Source: Eledone cirrhosa
Lineage: Eukaryota
Length of the DNA stretch: 64,000 nucleotides
Assembly (NCBI GenBank): GCA_964016885.1
Contig: OZ024756.1
Location: 8,308,001 to 8,372,000 of the forward strand
Reading direction: 5' to 3'
Positions 1 through 15,000 of the stretch are shown piece by piece. Each line of letters opens with the position of its first letter. The stretch's first letter is position 1. The position numbers were made by a program, and so were the translations under genes. The notes below the pieces were generated by a model. It had not been told where the DNA came from and did no database searches. It saw only the letters and a list, made by a program, of their open reading frames with translations.

Positions 1-3000
1 TGCTATTTGTTGTCACCTACATGACCACTTTACAGTGTGGACTGGGTGCTACTTGTTGTCACCTACATGACCACTTTACAGTGTGGACTGGGTGCTATTT
101 GTTGTCACCTACATGACCAGTTTACAGTGTGGACTGGGTGCTATTTGTTGTCGCCTACATGACCAGTTTACAGTGTGGACTGGGTGCTATTTGTTGTCAC
201 CTACATGACCAGTTTACAGTGAGGACTGGGTGTTATTTGTTGTCACCTACACGACCACTTTACAGTGTGGACTGGGTGCTATTTGTTGTCACCTACATGA
301 CCAGTTTACAGTGAGGACTGGGTGCTATTTGTTGTCACCTACATGACCAGTTTACAGTGAGGACTGGGTGTTATTTGTTGTCACCTACACGACCACTTTA
401 CAGTGTGGACTGGGTGCTATTTGTTGTCACCTACATGACCAGTTTACAGTGAGGACTGGGTGCTATTTGTTGTCACCTACATGACCAGTTTACAGTGTGG
501 ACTGGGTGCTATTTGTTGTCACCTACATGACCAGTTTACAGTGAGGACTGGGTGCTATTTGTTGTCACCTACATGACCAGTTTACAGTGTGGACTGGGTG
601 CTATTTCTTGTCACCTACATGACCAGTTTACAGTGTGGACTGGGTGCTATTTCTTGTCACCTACATGACCACTTTACAGTGTGGACTGGGTGCTATTTCT
701 TGTCACCTACATGACCAGTTTACAGTGTGGACTGGGTGCTATTTCTTGTCACCTACATGACCAGTTTACAGTGTGGACTGGGTGCTATTTGTTGTCACCT
801 ACATGACCAGTTTACAGTGAGGACTGGGTGCTATTTGTTGTCACCTACATGACCAGTTTACAGTGTGGACAGGGTGCTATTTGTTGTCACCTACATGACT
901 CGTTTACAGTGAGGACTGGGTGCTATTTGTTGTCAGCTACATGACCACCTTACAGTGTGGACTGGGTGCTACTTGTTGTCACCTACATGACCACTTTACA
1001 GTGTGGACTCGGTGCTATTTGTTGTCACCTACATGACCACTTTACAGTGTGGACTGGGTGCTATTTGTTGTCACCTACATGACCAGTTTACAGTGAGGAC
1101 TGGGTGCTATTTGTTGTCACCTACACGACCAGTTTACTGTGAGGACTGAGTGCTATTTGTTGTTACCTACATGACCAGTTTACAGTGAGGACTGGGTGCT
1201 ATTTGTTGTCACCTATATGACTACTTTACAGTGAGGACTGGGTGCTATTTGTTGTCACCTACACGACCAGTTTACAGTGAGGACTGGGTGCTATTTCTTG
1301 TCACCTACATGACCTGTTACAGTGAGGACTGGGTGCTATTTCTTGTCACCTACATGACCCCTTTACAGTGTGGACTGGGTGCTATTTCTTGTCACCTACA
1401 TGACCAGTTTACAGTGAGGACTGGGTGCTATTTGTTGACACCTACACGACCAGTTTACAGTGAGGACTGGGTGCTATTTCTTGTCACCTACATGACCAGT
1501 TTACAGTGCGGACTGGGTGCTATTTGTTGTCACCTACATGACCAGTTTACAATGACGACTGGGTGCTATTTGTTGTCACCCACATGACCTGTTTACTGTG
1601 AGGACTGGGTGCTATTTGTTGTCACCTACATGACGAGTTTACAGTGAGGACTGGATGCTATTTGTTGTCACCTACACGACCAGTTTACAGTGAGGACTGG
1701 GTGCTATTTGTTGTCACCTACATGACTACTTTACAGTGAGGACTGGGTGCTATTTGTTGTCACCTACACGACCAGTTTACAGTGAGGACTGGGTACCATT
1801 TGTTGTCACCTACACGACCAGTTTACACTATGGACTGGGTGCTATTTCTTGTCACCTACATGACCAGTTTACAGTGTGGACTGGGTGCTATTTGTTGTCA
1901 CCTACACGACCAGTTTACAGTGTGGACTGGGTGCTATTTGTTGTCACCTACACGACCAGTTTACAGTGTTGACTGGGTGCTATTTCTTGTCACCTACATG
2001 ACCAGTTTACAGTGTGGACTGGGTGCTATTTGTTGTCACCTACATGACCAGTTTACAGAGAGGACTGGGTGCTATTTGTTGTCACCTACATGAACAGTTT
2101 ACAGTGAGGACTGGGTGCTATTTGTTGTCACCTACATGAACAGTTTACAGTGAGGACTGGGTGCTATTTCTTGTCACCTACATGACCAGTTTACAGTGAG
2201 GACTGGGTGCTATTTGTTGTCACCTACATGACCAGTTTACAGTGTGGACTGGGTGCTATTTCTTGTCACCTACACGACCAGTTTACAGTGAGGACTGGGT
2301 GCTATTTGTTGTCACCTACATGACCAGTTTACAATGAGGACTGGGTGCTATTTGTTGTCACCTACATGACCTGTTTACAGTGTGGACTGGGTGCTATTTG
2401 TTGTCACCTACACGACCAGTTTACAGTGTGGACTGGGTGCTATTTGTTGTCACCTACATGACCAGTTTACAGTGTAGACTGGGTGCTATTTGTTGTCACC
2501 TACATGACCAGTTTACAGTGAGGACTGGGTGCTATTTGTTGTCACCTACATGACCAGTTTACAGTGAGGACTGGGTGCTATTTGTTGTCACCTACATGAC
2601 CAGTTTACAGTGTGGACTGGGTGCTATTTGTTGTCACCTACATGACCAGTTTACACTGAGGACTGGGTGCTATTTGTTGTCACCTACATGACCACTTTAC
2701 AGTGTGGACTGGGTGCTACTTGTTGTCACCTACATGACCAGTTTACAGTGTGGACTGGGTGCTATTTCTTGTCACCTACATGACCACTTTACAGTGTGGA
2801 CTGGGTGCTATTTCTTGTCACCTACATGACCAGTTTACAGTGTGGACTGGGTGCTATTTCTTGTCACCTACATGACCAGTTTACAGTGTGGACTGGGTGC
2901 TATTTGTTGTCACCTACATGACCAGTTTACAGTGAGGACTGGGTGCTATTTGTTGTCACCTACATGACCAGTTTACAGTGTGGACAGGGTGCTATTTGTT

Positions 3001-6000
3001 GTCACCTACATGACTCGTTTACAGTGAGGACTGGGTGCTATTTGTTGTCAGCTACATGACCACCTTACAGTGTGGACTGGGTGCTACTTGTTGTCACCTA
3101 CATGACCACTTTACAGTGTGGACTGGGTGCTATTTGTTGTCACCTACATGACCACTTTACAGTGTGGACTGGGTGCTATTTGTTGTCACCTACATGACCA
3201 GTTTACAGTGAGGACTGGGTGCTATTTGTTGTCACCTACACGACCAGTTTACTGTGAGGACTGAGTGCTATTTGTTGTTACCTACATGACCAGTTTACAG
3301 TGAGGACTGGGTGCTATTTGTTGTCACCTATATGACTACTTTACAGTGAGGACTGGGTGCTATTTGTTGTCACCTACACGACCAGTTTACAGTGAGGACT
3401 GGGTGCTATTTCTTGTCACCTACATGACCTGTTACAGTGAGGACTGGGTGCTATTTCTTGTCACCTACATGACCCCTTTACAGTGTGGACTGGGTGCTAT
3501 TTCTTGTCACCTACATGACCAGTTTACAGTGAGGACTGGGTGCTATTTGTTGACACCTACACGACCAGTTTACAGTGAGGACTGGGTGCTATTTCTTGTC
3601 ACCTACATGACCAGTTTACAGTGCGGACTGGGTGCTATTTGTTGTCACCTACATGACCAGTTTACAATGACGACTGGGTGCTATTTGTTGTCACCCACAT
3701 GACCTGTTTACTGTGAGGACTGGGTGCTATTTGTTGTCACCTACATGACGAGTTTACAGTGAGGACTGGATGCTATTTGTTGTCACCTACACGACCAGTT
3801 TACAGTGAGGACTGGGTGCTATTTGTTGTCACCTACATGACTACTTTACAGTGAGGACTGGGTGCTATTTGTTGTCACCTACACGACCAGTTTACAGTGA
3901 GGACTGGGTACCATTTGTTGTCACCTACACGACCAGTTTACACTATGGACTGGGTGCTATTTCTTGTCACCTACATGACCAGTTTACAGTGTGGACTGGG
4001 TGCTATTTGTTGTCACCTACACGACCAGTTTACAGTGTGGACTGGGTGCTATTTGTTGTCACCTACACGACCAGTTTACAGTGTTGACTGGGTGCTATTT
4101 CTTGTCACCTACATGACCAGTTTACAGTGTGGACTGGGTGCTATTTGTTGTCACCTACATGACCAGTTTACAGAGAGGACTGGGTGCTATTTGTTGTCAC
4201 CTACATGAACAGTTTACAGTGAGGACTGGGTGCTATTTGTTGTCACCTACATGAACAGTTTACAGTGAGGACTGGGTGCTATTTCTTGTCACCTACATGA
4301 CCAGTTTACAGTGAGGACTGGGTGCTATTTGTTGTCACCTACATGACCAGTTTACAGTGTGGACTGGGTGCTATTTCTTGTCACCTACACGACCAGTTTA
4401 CAGTGAGGACTGGGTGCTATTTGTTGTCACCTACATGACCAGTTTACAATGAGGACTGGGTGCTATTTGTTGTCACCTACATGACCTGTTTACAGTGTGG
4501 ACTGGGTGCTATTTGTTGTCACCTACACGACCAGTTTACAGTGTGGACTGGGTGCTATTTGTTGTCACCTACATGACCAGTTTACAGTGTAGACTGGGTG
4601 CTATTTGTTGTCACCTACATGACCAGTTTACAGTGAGGACTGGGTGCTATTTGTTGTCACCTACATGACCAGTTTACAGTGAGGACTGGGTGCTATTTGT
4701 TGTCACCTACATGACCAGTTTACAGTGTGGACTGGGTGCTATTTGTTGTCACCTACATGACCAGTTTACACTGAGGACTGGGTGCTATTTGTTGTCACCT
4801 ACATGACCACTTTACAGTGTGGACTGGGTGCTACTTGTTGTCACCTACATGACCAGTTTACAGTGTGGACTGGGTGCTATTTCTTGTCACCTACATGACC
4901 AGTTTACAGTGTGGACTGGGTGCTATTTCTTGTCACCTACATGACCACTTTACAGTGTGGACTGGGTGCTATTTCTTGTCACCTACATGACCAGTTTACA
5001 GTGTGGACTGGGTGCTATTTGTTGTCACCTACATGACCAGTTTACAGTGAGGACTGGGTGCTATTTGTTGTCACCTACATGACCAGTTTACAGTGTGGAC
5101 AGGGTGCTATTTGTTGTCACCTACATGACTCGTTTACAGTGAGGACTGGGTGCTATTTGTTGTCAGCTACATGACCACCTTACAGTGTGGACTGGGTGCT
5201 ACTTGTTGTCACCTACATGACCACTTTACAGTGTGGACTGGGTGCTATTTGTTGTCACCTACATGACCAGTTTACAGTGAGGACTGGGTGCTATTTGTTG
5301 TCACCTACACGACCAGTTTACTGTGAGGACTGAGTGCTATTTGTTGTTACCTACATGACCAGTTTACAGTGAGGACTGGGTGCTATTTGTTGTCACCTAT
5401 ATGACTACTTTACAGTGAGGACTGGGTGCTATTTGTTGTCACCTACACGACCAGTTTACAGTGAGGACTGGGTGCTATTTCTTGTCACCTACATGACCTG
5501 TTACAGTGAGGACTGGGTGCTATTTCTTGTCACCTACATGACCCCTTTACAGTGTGGACTGGGTGCTATTTCTTGTCACCTACATGACCAGTTTACAGTG
5601 AGGACTGGGTGCTATTTGTTGACACCTACACGACCAGTTTACAGTGAGGACTGGGTGCTATTTCTTGTCACCTACATGACCAGTTTACAGTGCGGACTGG
5701 GTGCTATTTGTTGTCACCTACATGACCAGTTTACAATGACGACTGGGTGCTATTTGTTGTCACCCACATGACCTGTTTACTGTGAGGACTGGGTGCTATT
5801 TGTTGTCACCTACATGACGAGTTTACAGTGAGGACTGGATGCTATTTGTTGTCACCTACACGACCAGTTTACAGTGAGGACTGGGTGCTATTTGTTGTCA
5901 CCTACATGACTACTTTACAGTGAGGACTGGGTGCTATTTGTTGTCACCTACACGACCAGTTTACAGTGAGGACTGGGTACCATTTGTTGTCACCTACACG

Positions 6001-9000
6001 ACCAGTTTACAGTATGGACTGGGTGCTATTTCTTGTCACCTACATGACCAGTTTACAGTGTGGACTGGGTGCTATTTGTTGTCACCTACACGACCACTTT
6101 ACAGTGTGGACTGGGTGCTACTTGTTGTCACCTACATGACCACTTTACAGTGTGGACTGGGTGCTATTTGTTGTCACCTACATGACCACTTTACAGTGTG
6201 GACTGGGTGCTATTTCTTGTCACCTACATGACCAGTTTACAGTGAGGACTGGGTGCTATTTGTTGTCACCTACATGACCAGTTTACAGTGTGGACTGGGT
6301 GCTATTTCTTGTCACCTACATGACCAGTTTACAGTGAGGACTGGGTGCTATTTGTTGTCACCTACATGACCAGTTTACAGTGAGGACTGGGTGCTATTTC
6401 TTGTCACCTACATGACCAGTTTACAGTGTGGACTGGGTGCTATTTGTTGTCACCTACATGACCAGTTTTCAATGAGGACTGGGTGCTATTTGTTGTCACC
6501 TACATGACCTGTTTACAGTGTGGACTGGGTGCTATTTGTTGTCACCTACATGACCAGTTTACAGTGTGGACTGGGTGCTATTTGTTGTCACCTACATGAC
6601 CAGTTTACAGTGAGGACTGGGTGCTATTTGTTGTCACCTACATGACCAGTTTACAGTGTGGACTGGGTGCTATTTGTTGTCACCTACATGACCAGTTTAC
6701 ACTGAGGACTGGGTTCTATTTGTTGTCACCTACATGACCACTTTACAGTGTGGACTGGGTGCTACTTGTTGCCACCTACATGACCACTTTACAGTGTGGA
6801 CTGGGTGCTATTTGTTGTCACCTACATGACCACTTTACAGTGTGGACTGGGTGCTATTTGTTGTCACCTACACGACCAGTTTACAGTGAGGACTGGGTGC
6901 TATTTGTTGTCACCTACATGACCAGTTTACAGTGAGGACTGGGTGCTATTTGTTGTAACCTACACGACCAGTTTACAGTGTGGACTGGGTGCTATTTGTT
7001 GTCACCTACATGACCAGTTTACAGTGAGGACTGGGTGCTATTTGTTGTCACCTACATGACCAGTTTACAGTGTGGACTGGGTGCTATTTGTTGTCACCTA
7101 CATGACCAGTTTACAGTGTGGACTGGGTGCTATTTGTTGTCACCTACATGACCAGTTTACAGTGAGGACTGGGTGCTATTTGTTGTCACCTACATGACCA
7201 GTTTACAGTGAGGACTGGGTGCTATTTGTTGTCACCTACATGACCACTTTACAGTGTGGACTGGGTGCTACTTGTTGTCACCTACATGACCACTTTACAG
7301 TGTGGACTGGGTGCTATTTGTTGTCACCTACATGACCAGTTTACAGTAAGGACTGGGTGCTATTTGTTGTCACCTACATGACCACTTTACAGTGTGGACT
7401 GGGTGCTATTTGTTGTCACCTACATGACCAGTTTACAGTGAGGACTGGGTGCTATTTGTTGTCACCTACATGACCACTTTACAGTGTGGACTGGGTGCTA
7501 CTTGTTGTCACCTACATGACCACTTTACAGTGTGGACTGGGTGCTATTTGTTGTCTCCTACATGACCAGTTTACAGTGTGGACTGGGTGCTATTTGTTGT
7601 CACCTACATGACCACTTTACAGTGTGGACTGGGTGCTATTTGTTGTCACCTACATGACCAGTTTACAGTGAGGACTGGGTGCTATTTGTTGTCACCTACA
7701 TGACCACTTTACAGTGTGGACTGGGTGCTACTTGTTGTCACCTACATGACCACTTTACAGTGTGGACTGGGTGCTATTTGTTGTCACCTACATGACCAGT
7801 TTACAGTGAGGACTGGGTGTTATTTGTTGTCACCTACACGACCAGTTTACAGTGTGGACTGGGTGCTATTTCTTGTCACCTATATGACCAGTTTACAGTG
7901 TGGACTGGGTGCTATTTCTTGTCACCTACATGACCAGTTTACAGTGAGGACTGGGTGCTATTTGTCGTCACCTAGATGACCAGTTTACAGTGAGGACTGG
8001 GTGCTATTTGTTGTCACCTACATGACCAGTTTACAGTGAGGACTGGGTGCTATTTCTTGTCACCTACATGACCAGTTTACAGTGAGGACTGGGTGCTATT
8101 TGTTGTCACATACATGACCAGTTTACAGTGAGGACTGGGTGCTATTTGTTGTCACCTACATGACCAGTTTACTGTGTGGACTGGGTGCTATTTGTTGTCA
8201 CCTACATGACCAGTTTACAGTGAGGACTGGGTGCTATTTGTTGTCACCTACATGACCAGTTTACAGTGAGGACTGGGTGCTATTTGTTGTCACCTACATG
8301 ACCAGTTTACAGTGTGGACTGGGTGCTATTTGTTGTCACCTACATGACCAGTTTACAGTGAGGACTGGGTGCTATTTGTTGTCACCTACATGACCACTTT
8401 ACAGTGTGGACTGGGTGCTATTTGTTGTCACCTACATGACCAGTTTACAGTGAGGACTGGGTGCTATTTGTTGTCACCTACATGACCAGTTTACAGTGTG
8501 GACTGGGTGCTACTTGTTGTCACCTACACGACCAGTTTACAGTGTTGAGGACTGGGTGCTATTTGTTGTCACCTACATGACCACTTTACAGTGTGGACTG
8601 GGTGCTATTTGTTGTCACCTACATGACCACTTTACAGTGTGGACTGGGTGCTATTTGTTGTCACCTACACGACCACTTTACAGTAAGGACTGGGTGCTAT
8701 TTGTTGTCACCTACAGGACCACTTTACAGTAAGGACTGGGTGCTATTTGTTGTCACCTACATGACCGGTTTACAGTGAGGACTGAGTGCTATTTGTTGTC
8801 ACCTACACGACCAGTTTACAGTGAGGATTGGGTGCTATTTTTGTCACCTACATGACCAGTTTACAGTGAAGAATGGGTGCTATTTGTTGTCACCTACATG
8901 ACCACTTTACAGTGTGGACTGGGTGCTACTTGTTATCACCTACTTGACCACTTTACAGTGTGGACTGGGTGCTATTTGTTGTCACCTACATGACCACTTT

Positions 9001-12000
9001 ACAGTGTGGACTGGGTGCTTTTTGTTGTCACCTACACGACCAGTTTACAGTGAGGACTGGGTGCTATTTTTGCCACCTACATGACCAGTTTACAGTGAGG
9101 ACTGGGTGCTATTTGTTGTCACCTACACGACCAGTTTACTGTGAGGACTGAGTGCTATTTGTTGTTACCTACATGACCAGTTTACAGTGAGGACTGGGTG
9201 CTATTTGTTGTCACCTATATGACTACTTTACAGTGAGGACTGGGTGCTATTTGTTGTCACCTACACGACCAGTTTACAGTGAGGACTGGGTGCTATTTGT
9301 TGTCACCTACATGACCAGTTTACAGTGTGGACTGGGTGCTATTTGTTGTCACCTACACGACCAGTTTACAGTGAGGACTGGGTGCTATTTGTTGTCACCT
9401 ACACGACCAGTTTACAGTGAGGACTGGGTGCTATTTCTTGTCACCTACATGACCTGTTACAGTGAGGACTGGGTGCTATTTCTTGTCACCTACATGACCC
9501 CTTTACAGTGTGGACTGGGTGCTATTTGTTGTCACCTACATGACCAGTTTACAGTGAGGACTGAGTGCTATTTGTTGACACCTACACGACCAGTTTACAG
9601 TGAGGACTGGGTACTATTTCTTGTCACCTACATGACCAGTTTACAATGTGGACTGGGTGCTATTTGTTGTCACCTACATGACCAGTTTACAATGACGAGT
9701 GGGTGCTATTTGTTGTCACCCACATGACCTGTTTACTGTGAGGACTGGGTGCTATTTGTTGTCACCTACATGACGAGTTTACAGTGAGGACTGGATGCTA
9801 TTTGTTGTCACCTACACGACCAGTTTACAGTGGGGACTGGGTGCTATTTGTTGTCACCTACATGACTACTTTACAGTGAGGACTGGGTGCTATTTGTTGT
9901 CAACTACACGACCAGTTTACAGTGAGGACTGGGTGCTATTTGTTGTCACCTACACGACCAGTTTACAGTGTGGACTGGGTGCTATTTCTTGTCACCTACA
10001 TGACCAGTTTACAGTGTGGACTGGGTGCTATTTGTTGTCACCTACACGACCAGTTTACAGTGTGGACTGGGTGCTATTTGTTGTCACCTACACGACCAGT
10101 TTACAGTGTTGACTGGGTGCTATTTCTTGTCACCTACATGACCAGTTTACAGTGTGGACTGGGTGCTATTTGTTGTCACCTACATGACCAGTTTACAGAG
10201 AGGACTGGGTGCTATTTGTTGTCACCTACATGACCAGTTTACAGTGAGGACTGGGTGCTATTTGTTGTCACCTACATGAACAGTTTACAGTGAGGACTGG
10301 GTGCTATTTCTTGTCACCTACATGACCAGTTTACAGTGAGGACTGGGTGCTATTTGTTGTCACCTACATGACCAGTTTACAGTGTGGACTGGGTGCTATT
10401 TCTTGTCACCTACATGACCAGTTTACAGTGAGGACTGGGTGCTATTTGTTGTCACCTACATGACCAGTTTACAATGAGGACTGGGTGCTATTTGTTGTCA
10501 CCTACATGACCTGTTTACAGTGTGGACTGGGTGCTATTTGTTGTCACCTACACGACCAGTTTACAGTGTGGACTGGGTGCTATTTGTTGTCACCTACATG
10601 ACCAGTTTACAGTGTAGACTGGGTGCTATTTGTTGTCACCTACATGACCAGTTTACAGTGAGGACTGGGTGCTATTTGTTGTCACCTACATGACCAGTTT
10701 ACAGTGTGGACTGGGTGCTATTTGTTGTCACCTACATGACCAGTTTACACTGAGGACTGGGTGCTATTTGTTGTCACCTACATGACCACTTTACAGTGTG
10801 GACTGGGTGCTACTTGTTGTCACCTACATGACCACTTTACAGTGTGGACTGGGTGCTATTCGTTGTCACCTACATGACCAGTTTACAGTGTGGACTGGGT
10901 GCTATTTGTTGTCGCCTACATGACCAGTTTACAGTGTGGACTGGGTGCTATTTGTTGTCACCTACATGACCAGTTTACAGTGAGGACTGGGTGTTATTTG
11001 TTGTCACCTACACGACCACTTTACAGTGTGGACTGGGTGCTATTTGTTGTCACCTACATGACCAGTTTACAGTGAGGACTGGGTGCTATTTGTTGTCACC
11101 TACACGACCAGTTTACTGTGAGGACTGAGTGCTATTTGTTGTTACCTACATGACCAGTTTACAGTGAGGACTGGGTGCTATTTGTTGTCACCTATATGAC
11201 TACTTTACAGTGAGGACTGGGTGCTATTTGTTGTCACCTACACGACCAGTTTACAGTGAGGACTGGGTGCTATTTCTTGTCACCTACATGACCTGTTACA
11301 GTGAGGACTGGGTGCTATTTCTTGTCACCTACATGACCCCTTTACAGTGTGGACTGGGTGCTATTTCTTGTCACCTACATGACCAGTTTACAGTGAGGAC
11401 TGGGTGCTATTTGTTGACACCTACACGACCAGTTTACAGTGAGGACTGGGTGCTATTTCTTGTCACCTACATGACCAGTTTACAGTGCGGACTGGGTGCT
11501 ATTTGTTGTCACCTACATGACCAGTTTACAATGACGACTGGGTGCTATTTGTTGTCACCCACATGACCTGTTTACTGTGAGGACTGGGTGCTATTTGTTG
11601 TCACCTACATGACGAGTTTACAGTGAGGACTGGATGCTATTTGTTGTCACCTACACGACCAGTTTACAGTGAGGACTGGGTGCTATTTGTTGTCACCTAC
11701 ATGACTACTTTACAGTGAGGACTGGGTGCTATTTGTTGTCACCTACACGACCAGTTTACAGTGAGGACTGGGTACCATTTGTTGTCACCTACACGACCAG
11801 TTTACAGTATGGACTGGGTGCTATTTCTTGTCACCTACATGACCAGTTTACAGTGTGGACTGGGTGCTATTTGTTGTCACCTACACGACCACTTTACAGT
11901 GTGGACTGGGTGCTACTTGTTGTCACCTACATGACCACTTTACAGTGTGGACTGGGTGCTATTTGTTGTCACCTACATGACCACTTTACAGTGTGGACTG

Positions 12001-15000
12001 GGTGCTATTTCTTGTCACCTACATGACCAGTTTACAGTGAGGACTGGGTGCTATTTGTTGTCACCTACATGACCAGTTTACAGTGTGGACTGGGTGCTAT
12101 TTCTTGTCACCTACATGACCAGTTTACAGTGAGGACTGGGTGCTATTTGTTGTCACCTACATGACCAGTTTACAGTGAGGACTGGGTGCTATTTCTTGTC
12201 ACCTACATGACCAGTTTACAGTGTGGACTGGGTGCTATTTGTTGTCACCTACATGACCAGTTTTCAATGAGGACTGGGTGCTATTTGTTGTCACCTACAT
12301 GACCTGTTTACAGTGTGGACTGGGTGCTATTTGTTGTCACCTACATGACCAGTTTACAGTGTGGACTGGGTGCTATTTGTTGTCACCTACATGACCAGTT
12401 TACAGTGAGGACTGGGTGCTATTTGTTGTCACCTACATGACCAGTTTACAGTGTGGACTGGGTGCTATTTGTTGTCACCTACATGACCAGTTTACACTGA
12501 GGACTGGGTTCTATTTGTTGTCACCTACATGACCACTTTACAGTGTGGACTGGGTGCTACTTGTTGCCACCTACATGACCACTTTACAGTGTGGACTGGG
12601 TGCTATTTGTTGTCACCTACATGACCACTTTACAGTGTGGACTGGGTGCTATTTGTTGTCACCTACACGACCAGTTTACAGTGAGGACTGGGTGCTATTT
12701 GTTGTCACCTACATGACCAGTTTACAGTGAGGACTGGGTGCTATTTGTTGTAACCTACACGACCAGTTTACAGTGTGGACTGGGTGCTATTTGTTGTCAC
12801 CTACATGACCAGTTTACAGTGAGGACTGGGTGCTATTTGTTGTCACCTACATGACCAGTTTACAGTGTGGACTGGGTGCTATTTGTTGTCACCTACATGA
12901 CCAGTTTACAGTGTGGACTGGGTGCTATTTGTTGTCACCTACATGACCAGTTTACAGTGAGGACTGGGTGCTATTTGTTGTCACCTACATGACCAGTTTA
13001 CAGTGAGGACTGGGTGCTATTTGTTGTCACCTACATGACCACTTTACAGTGTGGACTGGGTGCTACTTGTTGTCACCTACATGACCACTTTACAGTGTGG
13101 ACTGGGTGCTATTTGTTGTCACCTACATGACCAGTTTACAGTAAGGACTGGGTGCTATTTGTTGTCACCTACATGACCACTTTACAGTGTGGACTGGGTG
13201 CTATTTGTTGTCACCTACATGACCAGTTTACAGTGAGGACTGGGTGCTATTTGTTGTCACCTACATGACCACTTTACAGTGTGGACTGGGTGCTACTTGT
13301 TGTCACCTACATGACCACTTTACAGTGTGGACTGGGTGCTATTTGTTGTCTCCTACATGACCAGTTTACAGTGTGGACTGGGTGCTATTTGTTGTCACCT
13401 ACATGACCACTTTACAGTGTGGACTGGGTGCTATTTGTTGTCACCTACATGACCAGTTTACAGTGAGGACTGGGTGCTATTTGTTGTCACCTACATGACC
13501 ACTTTACAGTGTGGACTGGGTGCTACTTGTTGTCACCTACATGACCACTTTACAGTGTGGACTGGGTGCTATTTGTTGTCACCTACATGACCAGTTTACA
13601 GTGAGGACTGGGTGTTATTTGTTGTCACCTACACGACCAGTTTACAGTGTGGACTGGGTGCTATTTCTTGTCACCTATATGACCAGTTTACAGTGTGGAC
13701 TGGGTGCTATTTCTTGTCACCTACATGACCAGTTTACAGTGAGGACTGGGTGCTATTTGTCGTCACCTACATGACCAGTTTACAGTGAGGACTGGGTGCT
13801 ATTTGTTGTCACCTACATGACCAGTTTACAGTGAGGACTGGGTGCTATTTCTTGTCACCTACATGACCAGTTTACAGTGAGGACTGGGTGCTATTTGTTG
13901 TCACATACATGACCAGTTTACAGTGAGGACTGGGTGCTATTTGTTGTCACCTACATGACCAGTTTACTGTGTGGACTGGGTGCTATTTGTTGTCACCTAC
14001 ATGACCAGTTTACAGTGAGGACTGGGTGCTATTTGTTGTCACCTACATGACCAGTTTACAGTGAGGACTGGGTGCTATTTGTTGTCACCTACATGACCAG
14101 TTTACAGTGTGGACTGGGTGCTATTTGTTGTCACCTACATGACCAGTTTACAGTGAGGACTGGGTGCTATTTGTTGTCACCTACATGACCACTTTACAGT
14201 GTGGACTGGGTGCTATTTGTTGTCACCTACATGACCAGTTTACAGTGAGGACTGGGTGCTATTTGTTGTCACCTACATGACCAGTTTACAGTGTGGACTG
14301 GGTGCTACTTGTTGTCACCTACACGACCAGTTTACAGTGTTGAGGACTGGGTGCTATTTGTTGTCACCTACATGACCACTTTACAGTGTGGACTGGGTGC
14401 TATTTGTTGTCACCTACATGACCACTTTACAGTGTGGACTGGGTGCTATTTGTTGTCACCTACACGACCACTTTACAGTAAGGACTGGGTGCTATTTGTT
14501 GTCACCTACAGGACCACTTTACAGTAAGGACTGGGTGCTATTTGTTGTCACCTACATGACCGGTTTACAGTGAGGACTGAGTGCTATTTGTTGTCACCTA
14601 CACGACCAGTTTACAGTGAGGATTGGGTGCTATTTTTGTCACCTACATGACCAGTTTACAGTGAAGAATGGGTGCTATTTGTTGTCACCTACATGACCAC
14701 TTTACAGTGTGGACTGGGTGCTACTTGTTATCACCTACTTGACCACTTTACAGTGTGGACTGGGTGCTATTTGTTGTCACCTACATGACCACTTTACAGT
14801 GTGGACTGGGTGCTATTTGTTGTCACCTACACGACCAGTTTACAGTGAGGACTGGGTGCTATTTTTGCCACCTACATGACCAGTTTACAGTGAGGACTGG
14901 GTGCTATTTGTTGTCACCTACACGACCAGTTTACTGTGAGGACTGAGTGCTATTTGTTGTTACCTACATGACCAGTTTACAGTGAGGACTGGGTGCTATT